From: a virus
IMG/VR virus record: IMGVR_UViG_3300027319_000001
Strand: one strand, 5' to 3'
Length of the DNA stretch: 64,000 nucleotides
Shown in pieces: positions 17,753 to 27,390 of the stretch. The first letter of the stretch is position 1. Every line of letters starts with the position of its first letter. A program made the translations under genes and the position numbers. The notes below the pieces were generated by a model. The model did not search any database, had not been told where the DNA came from, and worked only from the letters and a program-made list of their open reading frames with translations.

Positions 17753-19259
17753 CGAAACCCTGGAATCCATTGGTTATGACCCGGGCATAGTCAGCCTGGA
17801 TTACACTGCCCGGGATTATCCTGCCGTCCTTGCCGAACTGGTGCGGCGTGCCCAACAGGTGATCCCTGAATGGACCGCCAGAGGTGAGGGCGACTTCGTC
17901 ATGATGATCGCTGAGATCGTCGCCGCTGGCGTCGATCTGGCGAACTACTACATTGATCGTGTTCTGTCGGAAAGCACTCTCGCCACTGCTACCAGTCGCG
18001 AGCAGATCCTCGCCCTGGCCGAGCAGCTTGGGTACATCACCCACGGTTCTATTCCGAGCAAGGCCACCGTCACGGTTCGGACGGACGTCAACGGCCCCCC
18101 TGTGACCATCGCGGCCGGGACGCAATTCATTAGCGACTATGTCCCGGAAATCGACGGACCTGTGGTTTTTGAAGCCGACGAGGACGTGATCGTGCCTGGC
18201 AACGGCGGCACGGCAGAGGTCCCTGTGACGCAGGGACAGACCGTACAGCCGTACCTTGCTGGCCACGGATCTGGTCAGCCGGGCTTCCAGCTGCTGCTGC
18301 CGCACCAGGGAGTGATTGAGGGCAGCGTCCGAGTGTGGGTGCAGGGTCCTCACGCGAATGTCGAGTGGACACGGGTGAACAGGCTCGTACAGGCCGCTCC
18401 TGGCGAACAAGTGTTCGAGGTGCGGCTGCGCGCTGACGGGACCACGGTGGTGCGTTTCGGTACTGGAGCGAACGGAGCTATCCCTGATCTTGGTGCCGAG
18501 ATCTACCTGTCGTACCGCGTTGGTGTAGGCAAGTACGGGAATCTCCCGGCAGGGAAAATCCGCCACATTGCGCTTCCCTCGCAGCAGTCCGGCGTGGTCG
18601 TAGCCGTGGACTCGTCCAACCAGCCGCTATCTACGGCTGCCACTGGCGGCGCTGACCCGGAGAGCAACACGGAGATCCGGCGCAACGCTCCCCAGGCATT
18701 CGCTGCCCAAAACCGTTGCGTAACCCTGGAGGACTTTGAACGTCTTGCTCTCCAGGTTCCTGGTGTGAGCGCAGCTAACGCTGTGAGCGCAAGGACTGCC
18801 AGCGTCACGGTCTATGTCGCCGGACCTGATCGGACCATCCCCAACCAGTCTCTTCTAGAGGCGGTGCAGGCACACCTTGCAGCGCATGCCGTTGCTGGCG
18901 TGATGGTATCAGCCAACGCTCCGCAACAGGTGCCTGTGAACTTCGGGACGGAACAGGACCCGTTGCGGGTTTACGTGGCTCCAGGCTGGCGGGATGTGCA
19001 GGTCGCGGAGACCGTACGCACGGAGCTAGCCAATATTTTCAAGAGCGAGGATGTCACGCTCGGCTCGCGTATCACGCTCTCCACGGTCTACACCAGGCTG
19101 TCCCAGCTGCCTGGTGTCATCAACGTTTCCATTCCGGTGATGGCTCGCGCTGATGCTCCGCAATCCGGGGCGGATGACGCAGTCATGGAGCCTCATGAAT
19201 TGCCTGTTCTGGGGAGCGTAGAGCTGATCACCGTCGGCGGCGTCATCACGCCTGTGTGA
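17745..19259 (+). CDS. Baseplate J-like (gp6-like) protein
   Basis: DYTARDYPAVLAELVRRAQQVIPEWT...DFVMMIAEIVA...YYIDRV pattern; follows the gp25-like gene. Confidence 0.8.
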   Translation: MADETLESIGYDPGIVSLDYTARDYPAVLAELVRRAQQVIPEWTARGEGDFVMMIAEIVAAGVDLANYYIDRVLSESTLATATSREQILALAEQLGYITHGSIPSKATVTVRTDVNGPPVTIAAGTQFISDYVPEIDGPVVFEADEDVIVPGNGGTAEVPVTQGQTVQPYLAGHGSGQPGFQLLLPHQGVIEGSVRVWVQGPHANVEWTRVNRLVQAAPGEQVFEVRLRADGTTVVRFGTGANGAIPDLGAEIYLSYRVGVGKYGNLPAGKIRHIALPSQQSGVVVAVDSSNQPLSTAATGGADPESNTEIRRNAPQAFAAQNRCVTLEDFERLALQVPGVSAANAVSARTASVTVYVAGPDRTIPNQSLLEAVQAHLAAHAVAGVMVSANAPQQVPVNFGTEQDPLRVYVAPGWRDVQVAETVRTELANIFKSEDVTLGSRITLSTVYTRLSQLPGVINVSIPVMARADAPQSGADDAVMEPHELPVLGSVELITVGGVITPV

Positions 19260-19269
19260 GGACGGTGAA

Positions 19270-19959
19270 ATGAGCGCGACATATCCGGCGGGAATCCGCA
19301 CCTGGACGACCAAGCGTGGGTGGTACCACATTCTTTGGGCCGCCCACATGAATGATATGCAAGATGAGATTCACGCTACACAGGTCACGCTTGGCGTGAA
19401 TCCGCATATCTCTTACAACAATCCAGGTGGAATCACCCGGCAATACGGGACTTTCGATAATCGCCTAACACAACATGCGAGGGGAACAGATATCCCCATC
19501 TATCGCGGCCGTGCGATGAACGTGAACCTTACCCCGAACACCTGGACAACCATTAATTTCGAGCACAGGAGCGATCCTTTCCATCTCGCCGAGGGTGACG
19601 GCACTATCCGGCTCAACACGCACGGCTTGTGGCTGCTTGCTGCTCGTGCAGAGTATCGTGCGACAGGCCACAGCCTGCAGAAACAGGCTGGTCGGCGGAT
19701 GCGCATCCTGGTCGACGGGCAGGACGTCGGACTGTCTGACTTCACCGGGGAAACGAGCAAGAATTCGTTCGCCCTACATAATCACATCACTTGGCCGGAA
19801 GTGCTTCCTTTCGGTACCCGGCTTCGCGTCCAGATTCGCACGGACATGGACGCGCCGCCTCACGACATTCTGGCGAATGTTACATTCCGAGTAACCCTCC
19901 TGCGCACGGTAGATGCCGTGAATGAAGCAGGGAAAATTCGGCTTGCGGAGGCTGCCTGA
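19270..19959 (+). CDS. Fibre/receptor-binding-type protein, paralogue 1
   Basis: N-terminus YPAGIRTWTTKRGW..HMNDMQDEIHATQVTLGVNP is shared with the next two genes; C-terminal HGLWLL...ILVDGQDV block is also shared. Confidence 0.6.
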   Translation: MSATYPAGIRTWTTKRGWYHILWAAHMNDMQDEIHATQVTLGVNPHISYNNPGGITRQYGTFDNRLTQHARGTDIPIYRGRAMNVNLTPNTWTTINFEHRSDPFHLAEGDGTIRLNTHGLWLLAARAEYRATGHSLQKQAGRRMRILVDGQDVGLSDFTGETSKNSFALHNHITWPEVLPFGTRLRVQIRTDMDAPPHDILANVTFRVTLLRTVDAVNEAGKIRLAEAA

Positions 19960-21269
19960 TGCATGTCTATCCCGGTCAGATCCGCGAGTTCACCACCAAG
20001 TACGACTACACAACTGTAGTCCTTGGCGAGCATTTCAACAGCGTTCAGGATGAGCTGACCGAAGGTATCCAGAAAACGCTCGGGTTGATGCCGCAGGTAG
20101 CCGAGGAAGACCCTGGTAGCACGCCTTTTGAGGTGATTCCGATTGTCGAGTGGATCGTGAGAACTCCACTCGACCGCTATGGGGATCTTACTGACCTCCT
20201 GGACAATCGGGGAGCGTACGTTCACAGCTGGGACTATCGGACGGTTCGCAGCTATCTGGAGCGTGATTTTCCCCAGGTTATCCAGACTGACCAGGTAGCA
20301 CGGTGGATTGTCACAGCTAACCGGCAGGGACTGGGTGAGCTGGTTCGGAATCTCAGTGCCCGGCAGAGTCAGGGTCAGACGGCTACCAGGGAACAGGCTC
20401 ACCGGTGGGTGTGCCGAGCGCACCGCTGGGAGCAGCCGTCGTCGGGCGGGGGATCCCGTACGTCGGACCGCCCCCCTTTCGTCGGCCCCCGGGATCACCA
20501 GACCATCGCCAAGCGCATGGAGTTCCAGTCCCGGGGGAAGCACATCCCGTATTTCCGTGCTGCCGCCTACAACCAGGAGATACCGAACAACCGGTGGACT
20601 CCGGTATCACTCAAGCCATATTCAGATCCTTTCCAGCTGGCGAACGGAAATGGCTTCATCGTCAATCAGGATGGAATCTGGGTCGTCATCGTCAAGACCG
20701 ACTGGTCTTTAGGAAAGGCTTCCGCAATCGTTGGAACCGGCCAGGCAACAACGCTCCTGGTAAACGGCCAGGAAGTCGCGCTTCGCGACTACCTGGACGA
20801 TGACGCATACGCTGCGAAGGCACCAATCAATACTTTCACCTGGATTGATTTCTTCGAAGCCGGGTCCAACCTGAGTGTTTCCGTCCGTACCGAGGGACTT
20901 GGCGACAACTACATTGCCAGAGCGAATGTTTACCTGCGCGCTTTCCTGGTGCGCTGCCTTGATGGTGCTTTCGATATGCGCGGCTTTGAACTTCCTCCAG
21001 ACCCGAATTTCCCCGAGCGTGACTACCCGCTTCGCGGGTACTGCCAGATCTCCGATTCGATGCCGACGCTTCCGCACCAGCCGAATACCTACTCACCGGA
21101 CGGTGGCGTCACATGGGGAACACGGGGACCGATGGTCAATGAGGTAGACGGGACGGTGCAGTACTACTGGTACAGCTCACAGGGCATCACCCCGGTTCGG
21201 ACGAACTACAAGTATGAGCCGTCCGATTGGTCTGCTGGCAACGTCCCGGTCTGGACGGGGGAGTGGTAA
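19959..21269 (+). CDS. Fibre/receptor-binding-type protein, paralogue 2
   Basis: VYPGQIREFTTKYDY..HFNSVQDELTEGIQKTLGLMP; DGIWVVIVK...LLVNGQEV; TGATG overlap with paralogue 1. Confidence 0.6.
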   Translation: MHVYPGQIREFTTKYDYTTVVLGEHFNSVQDELTEGIQKTLGLMPQVAEEDPGSTPFEVIPIVEWIVRTPLDRYGDLTDLLDNRGAYVHSWDYRTVRSYLERDFPQVIQTDQVARWIVTANRQGLGELVRNLSARQSQGQTATREQAHRWVCRAHRWEQPSSGGGSRTSDRPPFVGPRDHQTIAKRMEFQSRGKHIPYFRAAAYNQEIPNNRWTPVSLKPYSDPFQLANGNGFIVNQDGIWVVIVKTDWSLGKASAIVGTGQATTLLVNGQEVALRDYLDDDAYAAKAPINTFTWIDFFEAGSNLSVSVRTEGLGDNYIARANVYLRAFLVRCLDGAFDMRGFELPPDPNFPERDYPLRGYCQISDSMPTLPHQPNTYSPDGGVTWGTRGPMVNEVDGTVQYYWYSSQGITPVRTNYKYEPSDWSAGNVPVWTGEW

Positions 21270-22427
21270 ATGGCCTTCTATCCTCAGCAGTACCGGCCAT
21301 GGACTACCAAACGGGACTTCTCCCAAATCATCCACGAGTCCCACGTTAATGATGTCCAGGACGAAATTCACGCAACGCAGACCGTAATTGGCGTGAATCC
21401 TCAGATCGCCGTGAACGATCCTGGCGGCATTATCAAGGACTACGGGACTGTCGCCGCGAGACAGACCGCGTACGCCCGTGGTGAGCAGCTGCCCTACTAT
21501 CAAGGCAGCATCTTCGGGCACCTTCTCGACCCCCGGCCGACTGATCCCAACGGTCCCCAGGATCCTACTCCTGAGCGTCCTGGGCGTTTCCGTCAGCGGT
21601 GTAAGGAGCTTGTCGATCCTCACGGACGTCATTGGCTGCTGCCGATTTACCGGCTGAAGGACGATCCGCAGACTGAAATCTGCGGTCTTCCTCTGTGTGC
21701 CGACGACAACAAGACAATCGCAGACGGTGGCTGGCAGCGTATCCCATTCACTGCCAATGACGACCCCTTCGAAATGGGAATGCTAGATGGGGTGATCCTC
21801 AATGAAACCGGGCTGTGGTTGATCTCTCTGAAAGTAGACCACGTTCCAACCGAGGACACTACGCTGGTCCAGGCTAGACGACGTGCACGCCTGGAGATAG
21901 ACGGCCGTGACGTCACGCTCGTGCACATGGTGCGTGAGAACGCGCGGACCGCAGATGGGCACCTGCACAATCTCATCAACTGGATTGAGATCCTGCCTAA
22001 GGGCACCAAAATCACTGCGTCAGCGCGAGTGGATGGAACTGACCTCACCGAAAAAGTGCCGATCAACGCATACCTCCGTGTCTTTTTGGTGAGGTGCATT
22101 GATGACGTGCCGACGGACGGCTACCTTGCCGATTGGCCTCAATCCATCTACAAGCCGCCCCCGCCGCCGCGCCCGGTTTCTCCGGCACCCGATCCGGTGA
22201 CGCCGATTCCCACGCCATCGCCTGGAAGCACCGGTGGGGTGAATTGGGAACCAACCGGTTTCTACGGTGGCGGAACCGTATATGAGCTTTCTCCAGGCGT
22301 TTGGGTTGGTCAGTATCCGGGTGGCTACAACGTCATCAAAACCACTGATCCGGGCGGGATGATTCCGCAATTCCCCGGAATCAGCCAGACGTATTCGAAT
22401 CGGGACTTTGTGGGAGCTGGCTGGTAA
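21270..22427 (+). CDS. Fibre/receptor-binding-type protein, paralogue 3
   Basis: FYPQQYRPWTTKRDF..HVNDVQDEIHATQTVIGVNP; TGLWLISLK...LEIDGRDV; Pro-rich linker PPPPPRPVSPAPDPVTPIPTPSP. Confidence 0.6.
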   Translation: MAFYPQQYRPWTTKRDFSQIIHESHVNDVQDEIHATQTVIGVNPQIAVNDPGGIIKDYGTVAARQTAYARGEQLPYYQGSIFGHLLDPRPTDPNGPQDPTPERPGRFRQRCKELVDPHGRHWLLPIYRLKDDPQTEICGLPLCADDNKTIADGGWQRIPFTANDDPFEMGMLDGVILNETGLWLISLKVDHVPTEDTTLVQARRRARLEIDGRDVTLVHMVRENARTADGHLHNLINWIEILPKGTKITASARVDGTDLTEKVPINAYLRVFLVRCIDDVPTDGYLADWPQSIYKPPPPPRPVSPAPDPVTPIPTPSPGSTGGVNWEPTGFYGGGTVYELSPGVWVGQYPGGYNVIKTTDPGGMIPQFPGISQTYSNRDFVGAGW

Positions 22428-22429
22428 TA

Positions 22430-24409
22430 ATGGCTGTTTACCGAGTTGATCGTTACGCTAGGACTTTTTACGGGCCGAACCCAGAGGTCCCTTCGTTTGA
22501 CGAGCGGGAGTTCTGGGCCTATTCGGTCGGATATGAAGGAATTTTCATCACTTGGGACCTTCCCACCGGTGAATACGAGGCTTTCCGTCTGGTTGGTTCC
22601 GTGTGGGGGTTCCCGACGCATCCGGACGATGGCCGGATCATTGTGGAAACGGAGTCCGCTCCTGCCTCAGCTGTGGATGAGGACACCATTCCCGGTCGTT
22701 TCCACTATTACGCCATCTTTCTGAAGATCAACGGTGTGTGGGTGCGTGCCGGTACCGCTTCCACCCTACACATCCATGACTGGGAAATGACCAAGTGGGT
22801 CACGGACCTCACTCCGTACCATTACAAGCTGCTGCGAGGTAACCATCTCACGCTGTATGCGGATGAGAATGAGCAGCTGCTGCGTTTCCTCGGCGTCATC
22901 GGGTATGGGTTGGACCGTCTCCGCACTTCTCTCAACGCCGCCCTGCACAGCCGTGACGTTGCCACCACACACATTTCCACGGTGGCGCACATTGCCTACA
23001 GCCTAGGTGCGGAAATTCCTGAAGGTATCACGCCCACGCAGATGCGCCTGATCACGCTCAATTCCGCCTATCTGGCATCAGAGCGTGGGCACCCGGACAC
23101 GATGCTGTATTTCGCTCGGGCTGCAACCGGCTGGGACATGGATCTGCGGATGAGCTACAACCTTGTTCCCAGCTATGACATGGCTGAGCAGATCAACCCT
23201 GTTCCTCCCCAGTGGGATGCAAGCGTCCGCTACAAAATTGGGGATCTGGTAACCGTAGACGGCTTCCTGTACCGGTGTGTACAGCCCGCATACGGCATGG
23301 ATGAAGCACCCCCTGGAAACGGGAGCAACAACAGCTGGTGGGAGGTCTACACCGTTGTTCAAGGGGACACGCCTGCATATGACCAGCAGCTAAAAACCAC
23401 GCATGGCTGGTCCGGCGTCTCACACACCCAGGGTGTCAGCAATAGCCAGGTCGTACCTCGGATCGTTCGCGGCGTCCCCCACCCCTTGGATCCCGACAAG
23501 CGCGACGCGAACGCGTTGACGATTCACAACACCAGCAGCACGACGGCTACGTGCTCTCTTTTCTCCCTGCCTCTGGAGACCGGAGACAGCTTGGTTGCTG
23601 TCAAGTACGGGATTCCCCTCCCGCGCGTCTTCACCTATGACCACACAGCCTCCTACAAGCCTGGCGACCTCGTCAACTACCTGGGTCAGGTCTACAAGTG
23701 CGTCAGGGCTGCACAGGGACACCGCCCTTCACAGCACCCCGAACGGTGGGAGCGTAACAGCATTGATGAGCGCTTGCGTATCACCGTGAGCGCCTACACC
23801 CACCAGCCTCACGGGACGTCACAGGCAACCGCCCAAGTCACCCCGTACGTGACCTGGTACGACGAGCTGGGACGCGAAATCGGTACCGTAGTGGCAGGAC
23901 CGAGCACGCGCGTCCTAGATACTTTCAACACATATCCGGGGTCAGATGCTCTTGCGCCGCTCGGCGGACGCAATACTGATGAGGGTGGTAAAACCTGGTC
24001 CGATGTCGTTCCCGGTTTCATCCGCGACTCGTACTTGGATGGTGTTGCCCGCCCTGCCGACCCGGATGCTTCCCGGAATTTGAGCGTAATTGACTACGGG
24101 TCTGCCAACGCCACTGTGGCTGCTACCTTCGCCACGGAGCCGAGAGGTAACAAAAAGCAGGCGCTGATTCTCCGTCTGTCTGACGAGAACAACTACATCA
24201 GGGCAACGAGAACGGCGCTGGAAAGGGTTTCCTCTGGTACCGTCATCACACTGGCGACCTATGCGTCTCCTGTGGTGGACGGAGACCGTCTCACGGTGCG
24301 TGTCACTGGAAACAATTACACCGTGTGGCGGAATAATGTGCAAGTAGCGACTGCAACTGAATCCTTCAACAACACGGCCACGAAGTTCGGAATCGCGGTG
24401 GAGGACTGA
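22430..24409 (+). CDS. Tail fibre protein with CBM5/12-like motifs
   Basis: YKIGDLVTVDGFLYRCVQ...WWEVY and YKPGDLVNYLGQVYKCVR...WERN resemble chitin/carbohydrate-binding module 5/12 repeats; lectin-fold-like C-terminus. Confidence 0.6.
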   Translation: MAVYRVDRYARTFYGPNPEVPSFDEREFWAYSVGYEGIFITWDLPTGEYEAFRLVGSVWGFPTHPDDGRIIVETESAPASAVDEDTIPGRFHYYAIFLKINGVWVRAGTASTLHIHDWEMTKWVTDLTPYHYKLLRGNHLTLYADENEQLLRFLGVIGYGLDRLRTSLNAALHSRDVATTHISTVAHIAYSLGAEIPEGITPTQMRLITLNSAYLASERGHPDTMLYFARAATGWDMDLRMSYNLVPSYDMAEQINPVPPQWDASVRYKIGDLVTVDGFLYRCVQPAYGMDEAPPGNGSNNSWWEVYTVVQGDTPAYDQQLKTTHGWSGVSHTQGVSNSQVVPRIVRGVPHPLDPDKRDANALTIHNTSSTTATCSLFSLPLETGDSLVAVKYGIPLPRVFTYDHTASYKPGDLVNYLGQVYKCVRAAQGHRPSQHPERWERNSIDERLRITVSAYTHQPHGTSQATAQVTPYVTWYDELGREIGTVVAGPSTRVLDTFNTYPGSDALAPLGGRNTDEGGKTWSDVVPGFIRDSYLDGVARPADPDASRNLSVIDYGSANATVAATFATEPRGNKKQALILRLSDENNYIRATRTALERVSSGTVITLATYASPVVDGDRLTVRVTGNNYTVWRNNVQVATATESFNNTATKFGIAVED

Positions 24410-26595
24410 TGCCGGTATACGGAAACTATATTTCGAATCCAAGCTTCGAACTTGGGACGTCTTCGTGGTCGGTCAAGCACCCTGAGCTAAGAACCGGCGG
24501 GGGGATCAACCAGGCACAGACGAATATTTCCCGGGTCACTCAGGGTGCGGTAGCCGGTAGCTACGCTCTGAGGCTTTCCGTCACCACCGGATCAGAAACC
24601 GGCTACCTGTACGGCTACTGGGGCGGTGCCTACACCATTGTCCAAATAGACCCTGCTGCTGGTCAGCCGTACACGCTCAGCTGGCAGGCTGGGAACTTTG
24701 CAGTTACCGGTGCCAGCTCTTCCTACAACCAGGGTCTTCGCGTCGGTGTCTGGCAATTCTCCAGCCAGAACGCTATCACCATCCCCTTCCAGGACTGGCC
24801 CAACACAGGTTTCCAGGACTATAGTCCGGCACCACTGGCAACCAAGGCCGCTTCCAAGTCCACCTCGCGGCAGTCCTTGACGTTCACACCAGCCGCTTCC
24901 ACGCAATATCTGCTGATTCTCTTTGAGATTGCGCAGAACTATTGGACGCCTGAGAACGCGCTGTACACGGCAACATGTACTATTGACGCAATCAAACTTG
25001 AGCAAGGAACCGTTGCCACCGCTTACGGTGACGGTTCCTATGCCGGTTGGACATGGTCTGGAGCGCCACACAATTCGCCTTCTCTTCGCGCTGCGGAAAT
25101 TGCATCATCCGGCAGTATTTCCGTCACCGGTGCTCCAGTTGAAATCCTGAAGCACATCAACCTCACCGCATCCGGCAATATCACGGTTTCCGGTACTTTC
25201 GAGGAGCTGACGGCGGAAGGTACGCTGTCTGCCTTTGGTGATGCCAGCGCCGACGGCAGCATCGACCTGTGGCTGTATAGCGGCGAGATGGAAGCCGACG
25301 GCAATTCCGCAATGATCGGCACCATCGAGCTTGCCGCACTTATCGATATCGAGGCGCACGGCTTTATAGGCACTGGCACCGGAGCGGACACGCCGAAGAT
25401 CGAGCTGATCAAGGCTTGGGGAACCCAGGGGGCCGGTTCCGCTTCCATGGATGGAAGCATCACACTTCAATTCCCGATCAACCTGTCTGGGTCGACTGGC
25501 ACCGCTTCCGTCACAGGTACCGCCCACGTAGACATCGGTCTGCAGATGTCCTCTGACGGGTCAATGACCCTCGTTGGTGATCTTGAGCTGACGGACGCGA
25601 TTCCCCCTGGAGCATTCGCGGATTTCGCGATTTTCGGCACGAGTGAGGAAGACCCGTACAAGCTGGGCGTCGGACCGACCAACGCACCCCTTGCGTCCGG
25701 TGCCCAGAACCAGCCCTGGACTCGCGTGTACGCGGAATTTTCCGCACCTGCCGATCAGCCGTCCGGTACTCCCGGCCAGTACGTGTGGCGTCGTGCCGCC
25801 TATGCGGCCGTCGGTTTCCGGTTCGCCAACATGGGCGCGAATACGTACCAGGAACTTACCTGCGTCCAGGTGGAAACTTCGCGATATGGAAAACCTGGTC
25901 CGAGGGATTACCAGACTCCTCAGACCATCACGCCGCTAGTCATCGCTGACCGTGCGAATTTCGCCACCGGTGACGTGGAGCCGAGCGACCATGAGGATTC
26001 CGCAGTTTCCGTCACTCCAGGTGGAGACAGCCCGGCACCGGGAGAGCTTCGCAAGGAACAGGTGTGCACGAAGACCATGGCCACGGATACGGTGTTCGTG
26101 GCCAAGGCTGTGGATTTCGTTCCGGGGCGAACCGTCACGTTCTCCTGCTGGCTGAGGCCCGGTATCGGGGTGGACGATATCACCGTCAGGGTGGTTGACG
26201 TCAACGATCCGGACCACGAGGTCACCGACCCGGTTACCTGGTCCGGTTTTGAGGCTGACACGGAGGGCTGGGCCCGCGTCCACCTGACCTTCATAGCAAG
26301 AGAGAAGATGATCGTGGAGTTCCATACGGACCCAGATGGGAACTACCCGCAGACCTTCTCTGTGGCCGGTATCCTCTGGGAGGAGTCTGACAGGCTCAGA
26401 CCGTACTTTGACATGCAGCTGGGCAGCGGAGAGACGTACTACCGGCATAACGGGGAGGATCCTACGCAGGGGGTCTTCCTGTATAAGAACATTGATCTAC
26501 GAGAACCCGTGCTCATTGAGGCCCTGCGTGCCCAAGCCCCGCTGGGTGTTAGGATCGGGTGGCCTGAGTACGGAAAGTTCCCACACCTGGACTAA
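24409..26595 (+). CDS. Large tail fibre/carbohydrate-binding protein
   Basis: N-terminal NYISNPSFELGTSSWSV is CBM4/9-like; 728 aa; last large ORF of the tail module. Confidence 0.55.
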   Translation: MPVYGNYISNPSFELGTSSWSVKHPELRTGGGINQAQTNISRVTQGAVAGSYALRLSVTTGSETGYLYGYWGGAYTIVQIDPAAGQPYTLSWQAGNFAVTGASSSYNQGLRVGVWQFSSQNAITIPFQDWPNTGFQDYSPAPLATKAASKSTSRQSLTFTPAASTQYLLILFEIAQNYWTPENALYTATCTIDAIKLEQGTVATAYGDGSYAGWTWSGAPHNSPSLRAAEIASSGSISVTGAPVEILKHINLTASGNITVSGTFEELTAEGTLSAFGDASADGSIDLWLYSGEMEADGNSAMIGTIELAALIDIEAHGFIGTGTGADTPKIELIKAWGTQGAGSASMDGSITLQFPINLSGSTGTASVTGTAHVDIGLQMSSDGSMTLVGDLELTDAIPPGAFADFAIFGTSEEDPYKLGVGPTNAPLASGAQNQPWTRVYAEFSAPADQPSGTPGQYVWRRAAYAAVGFRFANMGANTYQELTCVQVETSRYGKPGPRDYQTPQTITPLVIADRANFATGDVEPSDHEDSAVSVTPGGDSPAPGELRKEQVCTKTMATDTVFVAKAVDFVPGRTVTFSCWLRPGIGVDDITVRVVDVNDPDHEVTDPVTWSGFEADTEGWARVHLTFIAREKMIVEFHTDPDGNYPQTFSVAGILWEESDRLRPYFDMQLGSGETYYRHNGEDPTQGVFLYKNIDLREPVLIEALRAQAPLGVRIGWPEYGKFPHLD

Positions 26596-26675
26596 CGAAT
26601 GATGGGAATTCCAGGTAGGCGTTGGGACATCTGGATCTTCTGAATTACAAAAATCCATCCATATTGACCTACCGT

Positions 26676-26708
26676 GAAACCCAGGACCGCATTGGCGGCC
26701 TGGGTTTC
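26676..26708 (+). terminator. Hairpin after the tail fibre genes
   Basis: gaaacccagg 26676-26685 / cctgggtttc 26699-26708, followed by ggaggttttgg and ATG 26720. Confidence 0.5.
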
Positions 26709-26719
26709 GGAGGTTTTGG

Positions 26720-27043
26720 ATGGTTGTTTTTGACACCGCTCAGGTCCTTTCCATCGTCATCGGTGTCGTCCTTCCGCTCATTGTTGGCCTCGTCACCAAG
26801 GCGTCTTGGCCGGGAAGCTGGAAGGCTGTTCTTCTGCTGGCACTTTCCGCGCTTTCCGGTTTTCTGACGGAACTTTATGACGCGGTCTCCGCCAATACCG
26901 CGTTCGATTACGGTTCCGCGATTCTCGGTTTTGTCGCGACCTTCCTCACCGGTGTGGGCATGCATTTCGGCCTCTATAAGCCCGTAGGGGCGACGGCCGC
27001 TGTGCAGCGCACTGGCGTTACGGACAAGGTCGTTCCGGAGTAA
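26720..27043 (+). CDS. Membrane protein (holin-like, uncertain)
   Basis: 107 aa with about three hydrophobic helices (LSIVIGVVLPLIVGLV, AVLLLALSALSGFL, ILGFVATFLTGVGM). Confidence 0.5.
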   Translation: MVVFDTAQVLSIVIGVVLPLIVGLVTKASWPGSWKAVLLLALSALSGFLTELYDAVSANTAFDYGSAILGFVATFLTGVGMHFGLYKPVGATAAVQRTGVTDKVVPE

Positions 27044-27321
27044 TGCAGATCATCCTGATCGGGCTTGCGGCGTGGATGGTCTGGGAGGCCGTCCGCGCCG
27101 CCTGGCCATACAGCATCTGGCCTGTCGCACAGTTGATCATCGTCGCCGGTACGTGCTACGCGCTTACGTACGCGGATGACCGGATCATCACAGCTCTTGC
27201 GGCGGCGGCCGTCGTGGCCGGTATCCGCCAGCTTGTGGCACGGCTAGAGGCACCTAGCACCGTTGTGATCCCGCGCACGCGCCGCCCGGCGTCTGCAGGC
27301 CGGATCCCCGACCTCCCCTGA
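27043..27321 (+). CDS. Membrane protein
   Basis: 92 aa; TAATG overlap; hydrophobic helices then a basic tail (RTRRPASAGR). Confidence 0.5.
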   Translation: MQIILIGLAAWMVWEAVRAAWPYSIWPVAQLIIVAGTCYALTYADDRIITALAAAAVVAGIRQLVARLEAPSTVVIPRTRRPASAGRIPDLP

Positions 27322-27354
27322 ACGGGGGAGTCTCCGGAGCTTTTTCGTTCCCGG

Positions 27355-27390
27355 AGTTGATACGCGAGTTGCGCACGTAGTTGATACGTG
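27355..27390 (+). promoter_or_regulatory. Three 12-nt-phased AGTTG repeats abutting the first early-gene start
   Basis: agttgatacgcg / agttgcgcacgt / agttgatacgtg at 27355, 27367, 27379; the last unit runs into GTG 27388. Confidence 0.6.

Noticed and set aside
27312-27345. Terminator after the second membrane-protein gene
   Set aside because: There is only a 6-bp stem (ctcccc/ggggag) overlapping the stop codon, and the T-run (27341-27345) is separated from it by the palindrome ctccggag. This is too weak to list as a feature.
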